Shown piece by piece: positions 1 to 13,110 of a stretch of DNA of 64,000 bases (positions within the stretch are counted from its first letter, which is position 1; each line of letters begins with the position of its first letter). The notes under the pieces were generated by a model. That model saw only the letters and a list, made by a program, of their open reading frames with translations, was not told the origin of the DNA and did no database searches. The stretch comes from Nageia nagi (Eukaryota > Plantae > Pinophyta). The stretch is taken from assembly GCA_050084985.1 (NCBI GenBank), contig JBITNC010000001.1, positions 88,598,001 through 88,662,000 on the forward strand, read 5' to 3'. A program made the translations under genes and the position numbers.

Positions 1-12
1 GAAGTAGTAATA

Positions 13-310
13 TTTAGGGTTTTGAATTTCCAAAATAAGATCCACTTACAAGAGAAGTAATTCTTTAGAGAACATTTTTCCTTGATATTCCCATAATTCT
101 AACTATTTAGCATATCATGATTTTATCTATTAATTATGGTCATTTAAAGATTGTTTGAAATGACTTCTTAGCCACCTTCTTAAATAAATAAAATAAGAGG
201 TTGAATCAACTAAAAATTGATTAATCTAAGTATGATTGGTTCAATAATATGGATATATCTGACATCCCTACACTCTTTCACAAGATAAAGAGTCGAATTG
301 CACTTTTCAA
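13..310 (-). repeat. Second copy of the ~300-bp segment at 3936-4280 (probable 5' part of an L1 ORF1), truncated by the window edge
   Basis: tttagggttttgaatttccaaaataaga...agagaacattt...gattgtttgaaat...cactctt aligns colinearly with 3936-4280 at roughly 80% identity by eye. Confidence 0.75.
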
Positions 311-2499
311 ACCAATAGTCTATTTTTGGCATGCTCGATGGGATAATTTCATAAAGTTTTCATATGAGATTGGTCTCTAGTGTGACTATTAAAATATGTT
401 CCATGCTCATTAAAAGATAAATTTGGTAACATCAATGCATATAGTAGCTCAATTTGTTTAATTTATTTCAAGGGAATAGAATGGTGACCTGATCAGTTCA
501 AGATTCAAGATCTAAAGAATAAGAAAGGTTATTTTGAAATGTTATATGTTGAACAAAACACTTAATAAATATGAATCAAAATTCATTAAGATGAAAAATA
601 TTATCAAAATAAAGGTTTTAATGGACCTATAATATTTAGGGGTTAGTCAGAGTTAAGGTTTTCTTGATAAATATTTTGCACTTAAGCAATATTAGGGGAT
701 GGTTCAATCCTCTTTTTGAAGGGTAATTATTATCTTTTGATACCAGAATGTTGGAAAAATAAAGATAGTATCAAAAGTTTCTTGTTTTCAAAGGTTATAT
801 ATTAATATACTTCCATATATAGAATGCATACTAAATTATCAATATTAGAAGGTTTTCATGTTCAAAGGTTATCTATTAAGATACTACCAGCTATGGAATG
901 AATACCAAAATATATAATCAAAAGCAGATCTGATGTGTTTTGAACTTATCTTGTTATGGATATACATGTTTGAATCTAATTTACATAGTCACACAAATTG
1001 GATATTCCTATAAAAGTATACCCTCCCAACCCTCACATGATTCTTAAAAGGTGTACATTCTAGTCTCTAAGGTAATATTTTGATCTTTGCTCATTGCATT
1101 GAAAATGACCTTATAAAGTTACCCTTAAAAACATGAATGATTTCCAAACATCATAAAGGGTTGATATAAGTAATTAGCCATATTTTTAAACAATAGGTAG
1201 ATATGTTTTGATAATACTATGGAGCATGCCTAAAATGTTCATATCTTATTGATAAGTGTTTGATATTTTATCTTTACCTATCAAATCCTACAATCCCAAG
1301 AATCTATTTACCATAAACTCACACCAAATTATTCAATAACTCAAACTGCTATATAGTTTGCTTGATTATTATGTAAAATTATTTATCAAAAGAGTTTTTC
1401 TAGAATTTTAGTTATTATACTTGTGTGTTTCAATGATACAGTTTTCTTCAATGGATTTTTTTTTTAAAGATTAGGTTAAACATAGATCAAAATATTTTTC
1501 TATAGAGGGTATTGATTTGTATTCAAATTCAAGGTCACTGATGACATATAAAAGGAGATTATATAAATAGGTAGGATAAGATGGATGAGTAAACAACGTA
1601 TAGACCTAAATAGGTCTAAATTAGTTAGGAATAATTTAGAACTATTTAAACCATTTTTGTTGAGATCCATTTATAAGAGAGATTATAGGTAGATATGTGT
1701 GAGTTTCCTATAAATAGTCAATGCATAATAAGTATCATAATATCCAAAGATGAATATAGTAGTTCACTTATGAAAGTAAAAAATGTGGTGTGAAGCTTGT
1801 AAGGTAGATTAGTAGTGATCTTGTACATATGTGTTGTTGTCCAACCCATTGTGTCCAATGTAACCCACCATAATAAATCACTCATCCCATCCATCATGTC
1901 CATTTGTTTGGATTTAATTTCCACCTCAAATACTCTCCATCTTGTCTACTCTCTTTTCTCATGACCTCTCATCTCCCTTCCCTACTCTCCTACTTCTTTC
2001 CCCATCCCTCCTTCTGCATTCTTACCATCTCTCTTCCTTCCACCTCCTTCTTAGATTTACATGCCCATTACTAATCTATTTTGCAAGCATAACATGACAT
2101 CTTATAAGGCTATTTGGAAAAAGGCTTACAAGTGAATATGGATCCAAAAGCATTAGAAAAGCATGGTAAAACAATGATTCACTTTAGTATTTTATTTTTA
2201 AATACTTATAAGAAATATTTTTGTGTTGTAAATGGTTAAGAATCTGACTCATTGATATATTAAGGTTACTCTAGTTGATTTAAATATTTATTTAAATTCT
2301 TCTCCATCCCATCCTACCCCTACTAATGCATGTTTCCTACTTAATTTCTATTATATGATTCGTTGACTATTCTAAATCTTCAAAATAGCTAATGAAGGGG
2401 GAAAATTTTATTAAAACTAACATTAAGTATGGAGATTATTTCTTGATTTTCTTGTACTTTAACAAGTTTGAAATATTTTAGATGTATCTATAATGGTAA

Positions 2500-4300
2500 T
2501 AGTTGGATGAAAGAGAGATATTTTAGAAACCAAAAGTGTTGCATGTTCAAATCATCTTCCTAGAGTCTAACAGTACTCCTCCTTGATGCATTTTCTTTAA
2601 GTGCAATGAACTTATAAATGGATGAACTTTCCCATAACCTAGTAGAGTTGTAATTGATACAATGATCTTGAAACTCGACAGTCTCCATCCTTCATACATT
2701 CTCCTGGAATATAGTCAGACTATTACCAAGGCATCTCCAAGGAAAGTGATGTGATAATTCAATGCACCTCATTCTTTCCCAATAGCCTACAAACTCAACC
2801 ACATCTCATTTTTTTGAAGCCTAAACCTATTCGCCAAAATCCACTAAAGTCAATGAACATCTCTTATTGGTCAAAATAATTGACATACTTAGTTATAATG
2901 CCTAAGTCTAACAAGATTGTATAAGCTTTATATTGATTTTATTTAAGAAAAGCTTTTGGCATTTCTCCAATCTTATGAAAAAAATATTTCCTAGTTGCAT
3001 TTGGGTGCTAAAGATAAAATACAATTATCATTAGCATAAATTTAAGAATTTACATCTATGTAATTCAAGTTGTAGCTTGGATAAATTATAGATTTCATAA
3101 TTCTTTTAGTTAGTTGCATACAGGCTATATTTTATAGATTCTTAATACCATTGGTAGATATTTTCAAATTTAAATCTATATATAAAACTTAGATCAATGT
3201 AAAATAAGAGGTTGGATATTTTATCAATTGCATCTATGTAATGAAATATCTATTTTTCTAGCCCAAACTGAGTATGGAGAGACTTGTACATTTATTTCTT
3301 TGTGAAGTATTTGGATGTCTTAAATGGTTACATTATTTATATGTCTCCTATTCTCCATGGTATGATGAAAGAAATATCCATGCTTATAGCCTCTATTATT
3401 TGCAATTGAATGATAGATATTGGCATTATAGGTATTGCTATCAACTAGGAGTCCTTCCTCTAGTTTTTGATAGAATTGTTGGAAGCTCAAGTTGGCCTTA
3501 AGAAATATAATTTTCCTTTCTTTCCTAAACTCTAAACCTTTTTATATATTTTAGTATCTCTATCCCTTTTCCTTTTATTTTCCATATTTCATGATGGATA
3601 AGGCATTATATTGATAAAACTAGAATAAGAAATTTGGAATTTGATTGTCTTCTCTGTCAATGATAAGTCTTTTAATGAGTCTACATATCTATCTATGTGA
3701 AGTAAACCTTATAATTATCTATTATAATATCTATAATGAATAAGTAACATCATCTTATCTTTGAGAGATAGAATCCCATCCAAATTGTATTTTTTTATGT
3801 GGCAAAAGTGCAATCTCATTGGTTAGAGACCTAAAATAGGGTCAGCCTATATAAAATTGGACCATCGAAAGATCAAGCTCCTATTCACCTCTCTATTTAT
3901 GGGATGCATCTAAATACAATTATGAGATACTAATCTTTAGGGTTTTGAATTTCTAAAATAAGAACCACATATGAGTGGAGTAATTCTATAGAGAACATTT
4001 ATCTTTGATGTTCCTAGAATTTTGACTATTCGATAGATCATGATTTTTCTATGAATTATGATCATTTAGATTGTTTGAAATAGCTTTCTATGTACTATCC
4101 TAGATAAATAATAACTAAAAATCAATTCATCCAAGGATAATTCGTTATTGAATATATGTACTATCCTAGATAAATAATAACTAAAAATCAATTAATCCAA
4201 GGATAATTTGTTATTGAATATGGAAAAATATGACACCCCACACTCTTTTGCAAGAAAAAGAGTTGGATTGCATTTTTTGGATCAACATTTTGTATATTCC
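2500..4300 (-). mobile_element. Highly decayed L1-type LINE remnant (ORF1 plus endonuclease)
   Basis: Minus-strand remnants in the expected order: IWMGF (ORF1 VWVRL-like), S*NM (SWNVRG-like), IIFLK (IIFLQETK-like), LTNKR (TWTNRR-like), LSHHFP (SDHFP-like); many stops. Confidence 0.5.
4089..4220. repeat. 66-bp tandem duplication (2 copies)
   Basis: tatgtactatcctagataaataataactaaaaatcaatt...ttattgaata starts at 4089 and again at 4155. Confidence 0.9.
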
Positions 4301-5808
4301 AAAAAAATATTTAGAAATTCATATGTTATTTATAAAAGTTTCAAAACATTCTAATGTTCACATGATTTTAAAATTCAAAGGTATTTTATGATCACATCCT
4401 TTATTGGTTGAGAGTATAATTAGGCATCCTTTTATGATCTTTTCTCATGATTTCAAACTTCTCATACTCATATGATGTCAAGGATCTATGATTCCCAACT
4501 ATACCTATGGAAAAGGGTACCCATAATGAGAAGTTCATTATGAAGATTTTATGATCTCATTTTCATACTTTTAGTTCCATAAAGTACACCCTTACATAGT
4601 TTATTTCATTTATGTTCCTTTTATCATTGCTATATTTATAGATGATGAAAGCTTGTAAGTCATAGGATAAAGTTTCCTTAATTAATATTGATTTTTTCAT
4701 TGAAAACTCAATGTATATTGAAAGCTTTAAGGGTTTATAAACCATTTATTGTTATGATATTTGGAAGGTATTTTTGTTTCTCACAATTTCTTTGCACTTG
4801 ATTCTTGATGGTCACCACTTTTACAATAATCAATGCAAATAGGGGCTATAATACATCACCAAATAAATTATTGATTCAAATATGTACTAGGTTCAAGGAA
4901 GTATTATTTTCTTCTCTCTTTCTATTACAAGCATAATTTCATTTCATATAATTAAAATTTGCAAAGGGGAAATTATTGATACCTAATTTGGCATCCTTTT
5001 TAGGATCAAACTAGTTTTCATATGACCCTTAAGATGTTATGATCTATGTAGTGTTATGTTACATGTTATTATCAATAAATGACCACTTAAGCTATGTATT
5101 ATGCATATTTCTCTTTATTTTATGCAATGTATTGTGAGCATCAACACTAAGCTAGAATGGTGATTTCAAGTAATCTCTTATACCTATAAATAGAGAAATA
5201 CACTACACAAAATTAGACTTAAAGGATGATTATAAACCATCATTATAGGTCTTTAAAAATGGTTTATTATGTGCCATTGATGAGGGAATCATACAAAAAT
5301 CCAAAGAATAAATGGTGGCTATAAAGTATCATCCCAAACCACCCTTTTAGATCATTTGATGATGTCTAAAAATTTCCTTGTATATGGTAAAAATTTCCCT
5401 TATAATAATTATCATTAAATAAAAAAAATATGGTAGGGGTTGGGGTATCTTAGTCAGATTCACATGAGAATAATGTAACTCTAGAACTTGAAGATGACAT
5501 GTGCCATCTCATTATGAAACCATAGTTTGGCCCATGTAAATATATTTGATGATTTGGGTGATGCATTATGTGGATTAGCTCTATAGGGTAGTATATGTCT
5601 CTTTCTATTGGAACATCTTGAAGTTACATGCAATATGAAGGAAAAATAACCTACAAGTTTTGAATGTATTCACTTCACTTTATATCAACTTACTTATCTA
5701 CCATCTCACACTCAAGGCCTATTCTCTATAGTATTCAATATACATTTGGAGAGAGTATAGAGGAAAGGTTTTCTTAATGATTTTCTTGGGTTTTAAAGTT
5801 ATCTCATC

Positions 5809-6450
5809 TTGGGTGGTCAAGTTATCAATATAGAACCTTTTAGTTGTTTAGCTCTTAAGAAAAATGAGAATATTTAGATTACTCTATGTAAAGTTGATCT
5901 TCAAAACATAATAGAACCTTTTAAAGGTGATAATGTCAACCTATCATAGATAATCCTAGAGTCTTGGGATAATGGACATGTCACTATTGATAGTATTTCC
6001 TTTGATTTCACTAAAAATAAAAGTACTATAACTACAAGTCTTTTATAGAAGACATGATAGGTGAAAAGAAAAACATCAAATTCTTCATCTCCAATGTTGG
6101 TAAAATTAAAATCCTAAGAAAGGGATTTGATACAAAGAGCATCCCAAAGAAGTGGGCTGAGATGTTGGATATTGTGATATGATATATGATATTATAAGGC
6201 AAATTATCCATAGCAATGAGGCTACATCTTTCACTTTTGAATTATTTACTTAACAATCCTACAAATTTACTATCCTTTATTTATAATTCACTTACTAGAT
6301 ATATAGTTAAAGCTAAGAAGTTATACTCCATTTTCCCTTTGCATCAAGGGCTAATCCTCATAGTCTATAACTATAATTTGACTAATTCTCCTCATGCCCT
6401 TCTATATTGGAAAATGGAAATTGAATAAGGCCATAACCATATTATTGAAC
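5809..6450 (+). pseudogene. Decayed transposon-associated ORF of unknown function (PLHQG family), copy 1
   Basis: Reads LGGQVINIEPFSCLALKKNENI*...ESWDNGHVTIDSISFDF...KKWAEMLDIVI*YMIL*GK...HLSLLNY...PLHQGLILIVY; colinear with the copy at 25124-25720; includes ORF 6216-6428. Confidence 0.65.
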
Positions 6451-8388
6451 ATGAGATACAAAATGAACCCCACTCTCCCACTAGACCTCTCTTGTCTAAT
6501 GAAAATGCCTTATATGTTGAAGTTCCCTAAAACCTTTATCAGATACCAAGGGGCCAAGATGAAGATTCATTCCACATAGACAACAATATAATGAGATTGG
6601 TTGACAAGATTTGTAATGATGAGAATACTCTTCTCAAATCCTATATTATTCTAATTTATGTCAATAATTCCAAAAATCTCTTCCCTACATGAAAGGTTCT
6701 TCACTTAGGGATCTATTCTAACTAAAAATAATAATTCTACCTTAATGATAGACCTACAAAGTGGTTGATGATAAAAAATAAAGTTTTATGCTATGTAATG
6801 TTCTCCTTTTTGTTCATGCATATTATACAAAGGTTGAGAATATATCTATTTATTTTTATGGTTGACATATTAATTATTTTTTTGGATAGATAGAAAAATG
6901 TTATATCAAGCCATAAAAAGCTACTATGTAAATGTTTTGGTATATATTTGATGTATATGGTTTTGGGGTCCACCGTAAACCCAAAGTGTTAATGCAAATG
7001 TATTCCTTGTAGAAACTAAAGCATTGTATAATCTAATTGATCATGGATTGCAATGATCATAGGATATGCACATAATGGGTATGATTTGGAGGTCCTAAAG
7101 TATTTTCAAAAAATGCAATTAACTAGTTTCAAACTAGATTCAATAAAATTTGTGAGTATTCTTCTTGTATGTGCAACTCTTATGGATTTAAAATGGGGCA
7201 TAGATAGTCATGAATAAATAACAATATGTTGGTTTATTTTACATGTAATTGTTATGATAGACCTGATAGATATGTATTCAAAATATAAAAATATACATGT
7301 ATGGTTGACCTTCTTGATCATGTTGGGCATATATATGAAATAAATAAAATATTAAAAAAGCATGCCAATAAAAATTGATGCCATTTTGATAGCAATTAAA
7401 TTATTTTATGAAGCTTACACCCATAATAAAATACAATACATGTATGGTTTACCTTCTTGGCCATGCTTTGGCATCTAGATGAAGCAAAATACTTTATAAA
7501 TAACACCAATAAAATTACCTAATTCTATAGTGTGTACTTATTGTTTGATACTTATAGAATTAATAACAAGCTAGAGTTAGAAAACTTTAGAGCCTACGTT
7601 TGGATCAATTATAGAAGGATCATTATTGGAAAAACTCTTATTGTTCATCGTTGGTAAATATGGCATTAGATTGCATTCTTAATGCAATGAAGGATGAAAA
7701 CAACCAAGTAAAATGATAGTACCACTTGGATAGAATTTATGAAAAAAAATCTATTTATATAAAAAGGAGCTCCATAGAGATTGCATTATATATAATAAAT
7801 TCACATGAATAATGCTATCATTGGAGATCTTACAACACTAAATTACATGTCATATGTCTCACTTTAACTTTTATCTTACATCAAATATCCTTTACTTAGT
7901 GTCTATCCTTGGAGTGGTTAAAATAGTTGGAACCCCTTAAAACAATTTCTTGTACAATAATTCCTTACATACCTTACAATAATTTAAATCCATAAATTGT
8001 TCAATTTAACTTTAAATTTTAGATCATGGAGAAAAAAGAATAAGTTTTTTGAATTTTGAATTGATAACAATTTCTCATACAACCATTCTTTGCATATCTT
8101 ATTATCATTGCAATACATGAAACTATTCATTTTCACTTCAAATTTTAGCTTACATGAAGAAAAAAGCATAAGTTTGTTTGGATTCCAATTACGTAATTAG
8201 AGACATAAGGCTTCCAGAACAATGTTGGTTTGTTGCAACTGATCAAGCTCTAAAATACTATCTATGCATTACCTAAAGTGTTCATGGATGATATTATACC
8301 AAAACTCCATGCACCTATCAAAGTTTATCCAAAAGTAAATATATATCAACTAAGTATTTTAATGATCATTTATTATATAATTAAAATT

Positions 8389-8560
8389 ATATGATATGAT
8401 ATGAAATGATCTAAGTGCACCATACATATGATATGAAATGATACAATAAACCATCCATATGATATGAAATGATCTAGTGCACCATATGACATTAAATATT
8501 TCAATTCAGCATATGATATGAAATGATGCAATGTACCATGTGATATAAATACACCATCCT
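8389..8560. repeat. Degenerate minisatellite, core atatgatatgaaatgat (~31-bp period)
   Basis: Core recurs four times, with the spacer ct(a)agtgcacc after two of the copies. Confidence 0.8.
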
Positions 8561-10483
8561 CATGGATGTTATCTCAATTTCATTAGGTTTTATTGGTATA
8601 ATACAACTTAGTAATTTGTAAATGTTATCTATGCATTGCATCCCATGTCATAAGTGTTCACGGCTAACATTATACAAAACATTGACACAACTAGTTTTGG
8701 ATAAAGAGAGAGAATCAAATGAGTTACAAGATTTATAAAATAAGTTTGATTATTGGTTATTATCATAATTTTAGTGTGGATTTTTTCTTAGTACCTTGAC
8801 CTATTTTTAGGCAATGGTGATGAAGCCTTTATTTCTCAACCCAATCAAAGCAACAATGATTTATATGTTGGTACTAAACTGGGTACCATCTATGATAACC
8901 ATTACTTCATCCTAAGATTTGAACACTTAAGGTAACCATATTATATTATGACCATCAATAGCTTTGATGAATACTCTAGCTTCCCCTTGATATAATATAT
9001 TCCATATTATAAGGTCTTCTCTAAATAAATCTCCATTTGTAAGTTCTAATATTTACTTATCATTTTTTCTTCATCTTGCATGCAACTCCAAGATTTTCTT
9101 GTAGAAAGAGTTATTTTCTATCCTATAGAGCCAATATTTCAATCCATGTCCAAAATACAATCTTATTGGGAGATGTATCATCCCACATATCATCTTCAAT
9201 TCTCAAGTTACACCCAAAATGCAACACTATACATGTATGATTGACCTTCTTAGCCATGGTGGGTATATAAATGAAGCAAAATATAAATAAAATGAAATAA
9301 TACCTAATAAAATATGCATTAATCACATCTATAAAAATTGGATCAACAATTTTGATATAGTTATATAGATGTGATGCATGCATATTTATAGTACTCTTTA
9401 AATAATGAAATATGTGGGCATTAATCTAGATGGTGTTACATTTGTTAGTGTATTATCTGCATGTATCCATTTAGGTCTATTAAAATAAGGCTATCAATAC
9501 TTCAAATACATGAATGTTTATTATCATATATAACACCCATAATTAAACCAATATATGTATGGTTCACCTTCTTAGCTAGGTTGGGCTAGATTGGCTAGGT
9601 TTTTGGGTCCTATAGAATTCATAGAAGGCTCATGTACAACTTTATCAAATGAAATACATGAGAATACTGATGAAAGATATTATAAAAAAAAATCATGCAA
9701 GTAAATTCTTGGATAAGGAAAATGAGGCATCTCTTCATAAAATTATACTAGCATTTGAAATTCCTTCATATTTGTTTAGAAAGTTTCATATAAAAATACA
9801 TAAAAACTATGCATATCCATGTTAATTACATCAAACCTATGCATATACATGTTACATCAAAACTATGCATATATATTTGTTCCTTCTAAATGAGACTAGG
9901 GAAGGATTTTATGGAGTATCATGTGAGGAGGATGAAAACATTGAAATATGATATTTCGTGATTATGAACATCTATTTGTTTCTTTGAAATGAGATTATTT
10001 TCTTTACATGGGTTATGAGAATACTGACTTTCTTATAACATTCAGAGTCTTTAGGGTCAATACTAAGCACCTTGTCTTCAACCACTATATCATTTATCAC
10101 CTTTACCATTAAAAAAATGATACTCTGTTGTTGTTAATTAGTACTTATGTGAATTGGCTAGCTTGCAATAAGCAAGTTATATTTTAATAGGATGATCATG
10201 TCAAGAAAATGAATTTAAAATGGTTAATAGAAAATAAGACATATTTTTCATATAATAAAGGTCAACATAATATAATACATATTTTTCAACATAGAGACAC
10301 TCTTTTTTAGAAGGAATATTTATGGCACCTTCATTTCTAACCTACCATTAAAATTTGATTTTGCAATTTGTACTTGTTAGCTTGGTGCTTGTAGTATTCC
10401 GTAACAAAATGGGTCTTGGAAATTCATGGAAAAATAACTATATATGGGTTTCTTTCATATGAAATTATGATATGAACCTCATT

Positions 10484-11894
10484 GAGATGCAATCTCATGT
10501 ACTATAATGATCCTAAGAAATGCACAAAATGGGTTTTATGAAAAGGCTTTAGAGACTTTTAAGAGTATACAATTATTAGGTGTAAAGCCAAACTCTATAA
10601 CCTTTGCTAGCATTTTCACAACATGTGCCATCATGGGAGATATCAAAGAAGGTATGAACATCCATTAAATAATAGTCAAAAATGGCTTCTCATAGAATTC
10701 TATGGTTATTAACACACTAATATAAATGTATGAAAAATATGGAAGAATACATAAGACCCCATAATTATTTGACAAGATGCATGATGCACACATAGTTTGA
10801 TGGAATGTAATGATTGGAGGATATCAATTCATGGATATGGTTAGTATACCTTTAAACTCTTTTATCTAATGAATCACTTGGTAACCAACCCTGATAGCAT
10901 AACCTTTGTATATTCTCTAAGGTTTTGTATATTCTCTACTTGCATGCAGTGATGCAAGTCTAATGGATGAGGGTTGTAAATACTTCAATAGCATAAGTTA
11001 CTTTTATTGCATTCTTCTTAGGATTAATACTTATACAATCATTTTTTTTTTAAGCCTAAAAATGATTCATCTCATGTTCTTCTTTCAAATATTTATGTTG
11101 AATTAGGTAGTTGGGATGATGTTTAAAGAGTAATGACATTAATGTAAGATTCAAAATCAAGAAGAAACCTAGATGTATTTAGATTGAAGTTGATAAAAGA
11201 GTACATGCTTTTCTTGTAGGAGATAGATCACAACTAAAAACATAAGAAATCAATTGAAAATTGGAGAAATTGGTAGTAAGAAGGTGGTGGGAAATATTCC
11301 AAATACAATGCCTATATTTTTTAATACTATAGTTTCAACTAATGAAATTGAATTATTTGTGAAAGCCTTTTCTTAAATACTATGGTTTTATGGTATTGAA
11401 CTATTTTTTAGGAATATTCTAAAATTGTATAGTGAAGAGTTTGAAAAGGAGGTGCAAGAATCACAAATATGAAAGGAGAAATACTTTAAATAGATAGAAA
11501 ATACTTGATGAATAATAGATGATAGAGAAGGGCTTAAAAGTAACCCAATACTTTGGTATGAACAAAGTAGAGAAACTCTTAATTATACTTTATTTTGACC
11601 TTTATCATTTTTATACCATACCTTGTATGAATAGACTTATTATACAAGATATAAAGGAGGAAAATAAGAAAAAAATTCTTCACCACCATAGTGAGAAAAA
11701 TAACAATTCTTTTTAGGCTATTAAGGACATCCTCTAGCACAAACATTTGAGTTATGAAGAACCTTCAAGTATGTGGTAACTATAACTCTGAAAATTTTTC
11801 TATCCAAATTATTGCAAGAGAAATTATTGTAAGGAATGCCAATCATTTTTATCAATTCAAGGATGTATAGCATTTATATGGTGATTACTAGTGA
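10484..11894 (+). pseudogene. Longest PPR-DYW (RNA-editing factor type) pseudogene segment
   Basis: AQNGFYEKALETFKSIQLLGVKPNSITFASI...LFDKMHDAHIV*WNVMIGGY...LACSDASLMDEGCKYFN; SNIYVELGSWDDV...KKKPRCI*IEVDKRVHAFLVGDRS; HHHSEK...VMKNLQVCGNY...REIIVRNANHFYQFKD...GDY* (gat tac tag tga, 11883-11894). S2/E1 are deleted and ~320 bp is inserted at ~11320-11640. Confidence 0.92.
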
Positions 11895-13061
11895 TTGAGT
11901 GAAATATATTTGTTGTGTAAATGGAAAAAATCATTTTCTAGCAAATGATTTATTTTAGTGAATTCTTTAAGTACCATGATCTCATAGTTGTATTGTAGGA
12001 ATGCAAGGATCCATGCATAACAACCCTAATATATATATATATATATATGGAAAATGTGAGAGAATTAAGATGGAAAGGGTTTTGTTTGAATAAAATGGCA
12101 TATGGAAAATTAACTAGATGTGGGTTTCTTTCGCATGAAATTTTAATAACAAAATTGGTATACATGTGTAAAAAATGTGGGAACATTAAGTTAGAAAGGG
12201 TTTTTTTCTTTAACAAAATGGAACATAGACAAATATCTATATGTGGGTTTCCTTCACATGAAACTATGATGAAAACCATGTTAGACATGTATGCAAAATA
12301 GGACATGGAAAAATGGTTTTTGTTCTTCATACCTTGACCACTATGGTGATGGAGTCATATACCTTGTGCTTGATGCCTTTCTCACCCTCTTTTCCTCATA
12401 TTTGTAAGGTTTTCTACCAATTCATGACTTATTATTATTGTATTAACAATGCAAAACTAGTATGGTTGAGCTTCATGAAAATTAGATGAAGAAAAATATA
12501 GTGCTATGAATGTTTACATTGACTAGTATGGTTCTAAAGCCATCCATCTTACTCACCCTCTTTTCCTCCTATTTTTTATGCACAATACATGTAGGGTTGA
12601 CCTTCTTAGTTATGCTAATACTAGATACATAACACTAGCTATGAATTAGTACCTCGATCAATTCATAGGAAATGGTAATGGCTATGTTAATATATCATCT
12701 AGTTGGAGTGTAAGTAATCTCTTTCGCCTATGCATGAAGTGGGAGCAAAATATCTATCACAGTGTGTGGGAACCATGAAACTAAATATTTTTATGAGCCA
12801 TCAAATTTTGCAATATTCTTGCTATTATTTCTTCCCCTTTTAAGGCAATTGATATTTATGATGATATTTAACTATTTTTGTATCGTATTTTAGGGTAGTT
12901 AATTACCACCATCAAAATATAACTTATATATACACATAAAATAATGGTTTATAATTTTCCATCAAGACTATCATTTAATATATAATACGATAATAGTTTT
13001 CAAGCATCGTTAAAGAATTATTATAAATTATCCATCCTCTAAGCTCAATTTTCTTATAGTG

Positions 13062-13110
13062 ATATATATCTATATCTATATATATATATATATATATATT
13101 ATAATATATA
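13062..13110. repeat. (TA)n microsatellite (another at 12028-12048)
   Basis: Direct inspection. Confidence 0.9.

Larger units (their letters stand above)
7041..12620. pseudogene. Mosaic of PLS-class PPR gene fragments (P/L/S, E1/E2/E+, DYW) in both orientations
   Basis: SWIAMIIGYAHNG...KLDSIKFVSILLVCA...LIDMYSKY (7041-7297); TCMVDLL-like motif at ~7293, 7438, 9225, 9555 and 12587; minus-strand IVSCIAMIIRYAKNG (~8070-8125); DGVTFVSVLSACIHLGL (~9430-9480); ORF 12047-12301 contains TKLVYMCKKCGNI and MLDMYAK. Confidence 0.9.

Noticed and set aside
1920-2055. Pyrimidine-rich tract as a gene 5' UTR or splice acceptor
   Set aside because: No adjoining exon or coding signal; treated as low complexity.
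13-4280. Direct repeats at 13-310 and 3936-4280 as an LTR pair
   Set aside because: No TG/CA termini, PBS or PPT; the intervening sequence resembles LINE ORF1/endonuclease.
12047-12301. 84-aa ORF as a functional small PPR protein
   Set aside because: It is two fused partial S-motif fragments starting right after a (TA)n run, with no complete repeat array.
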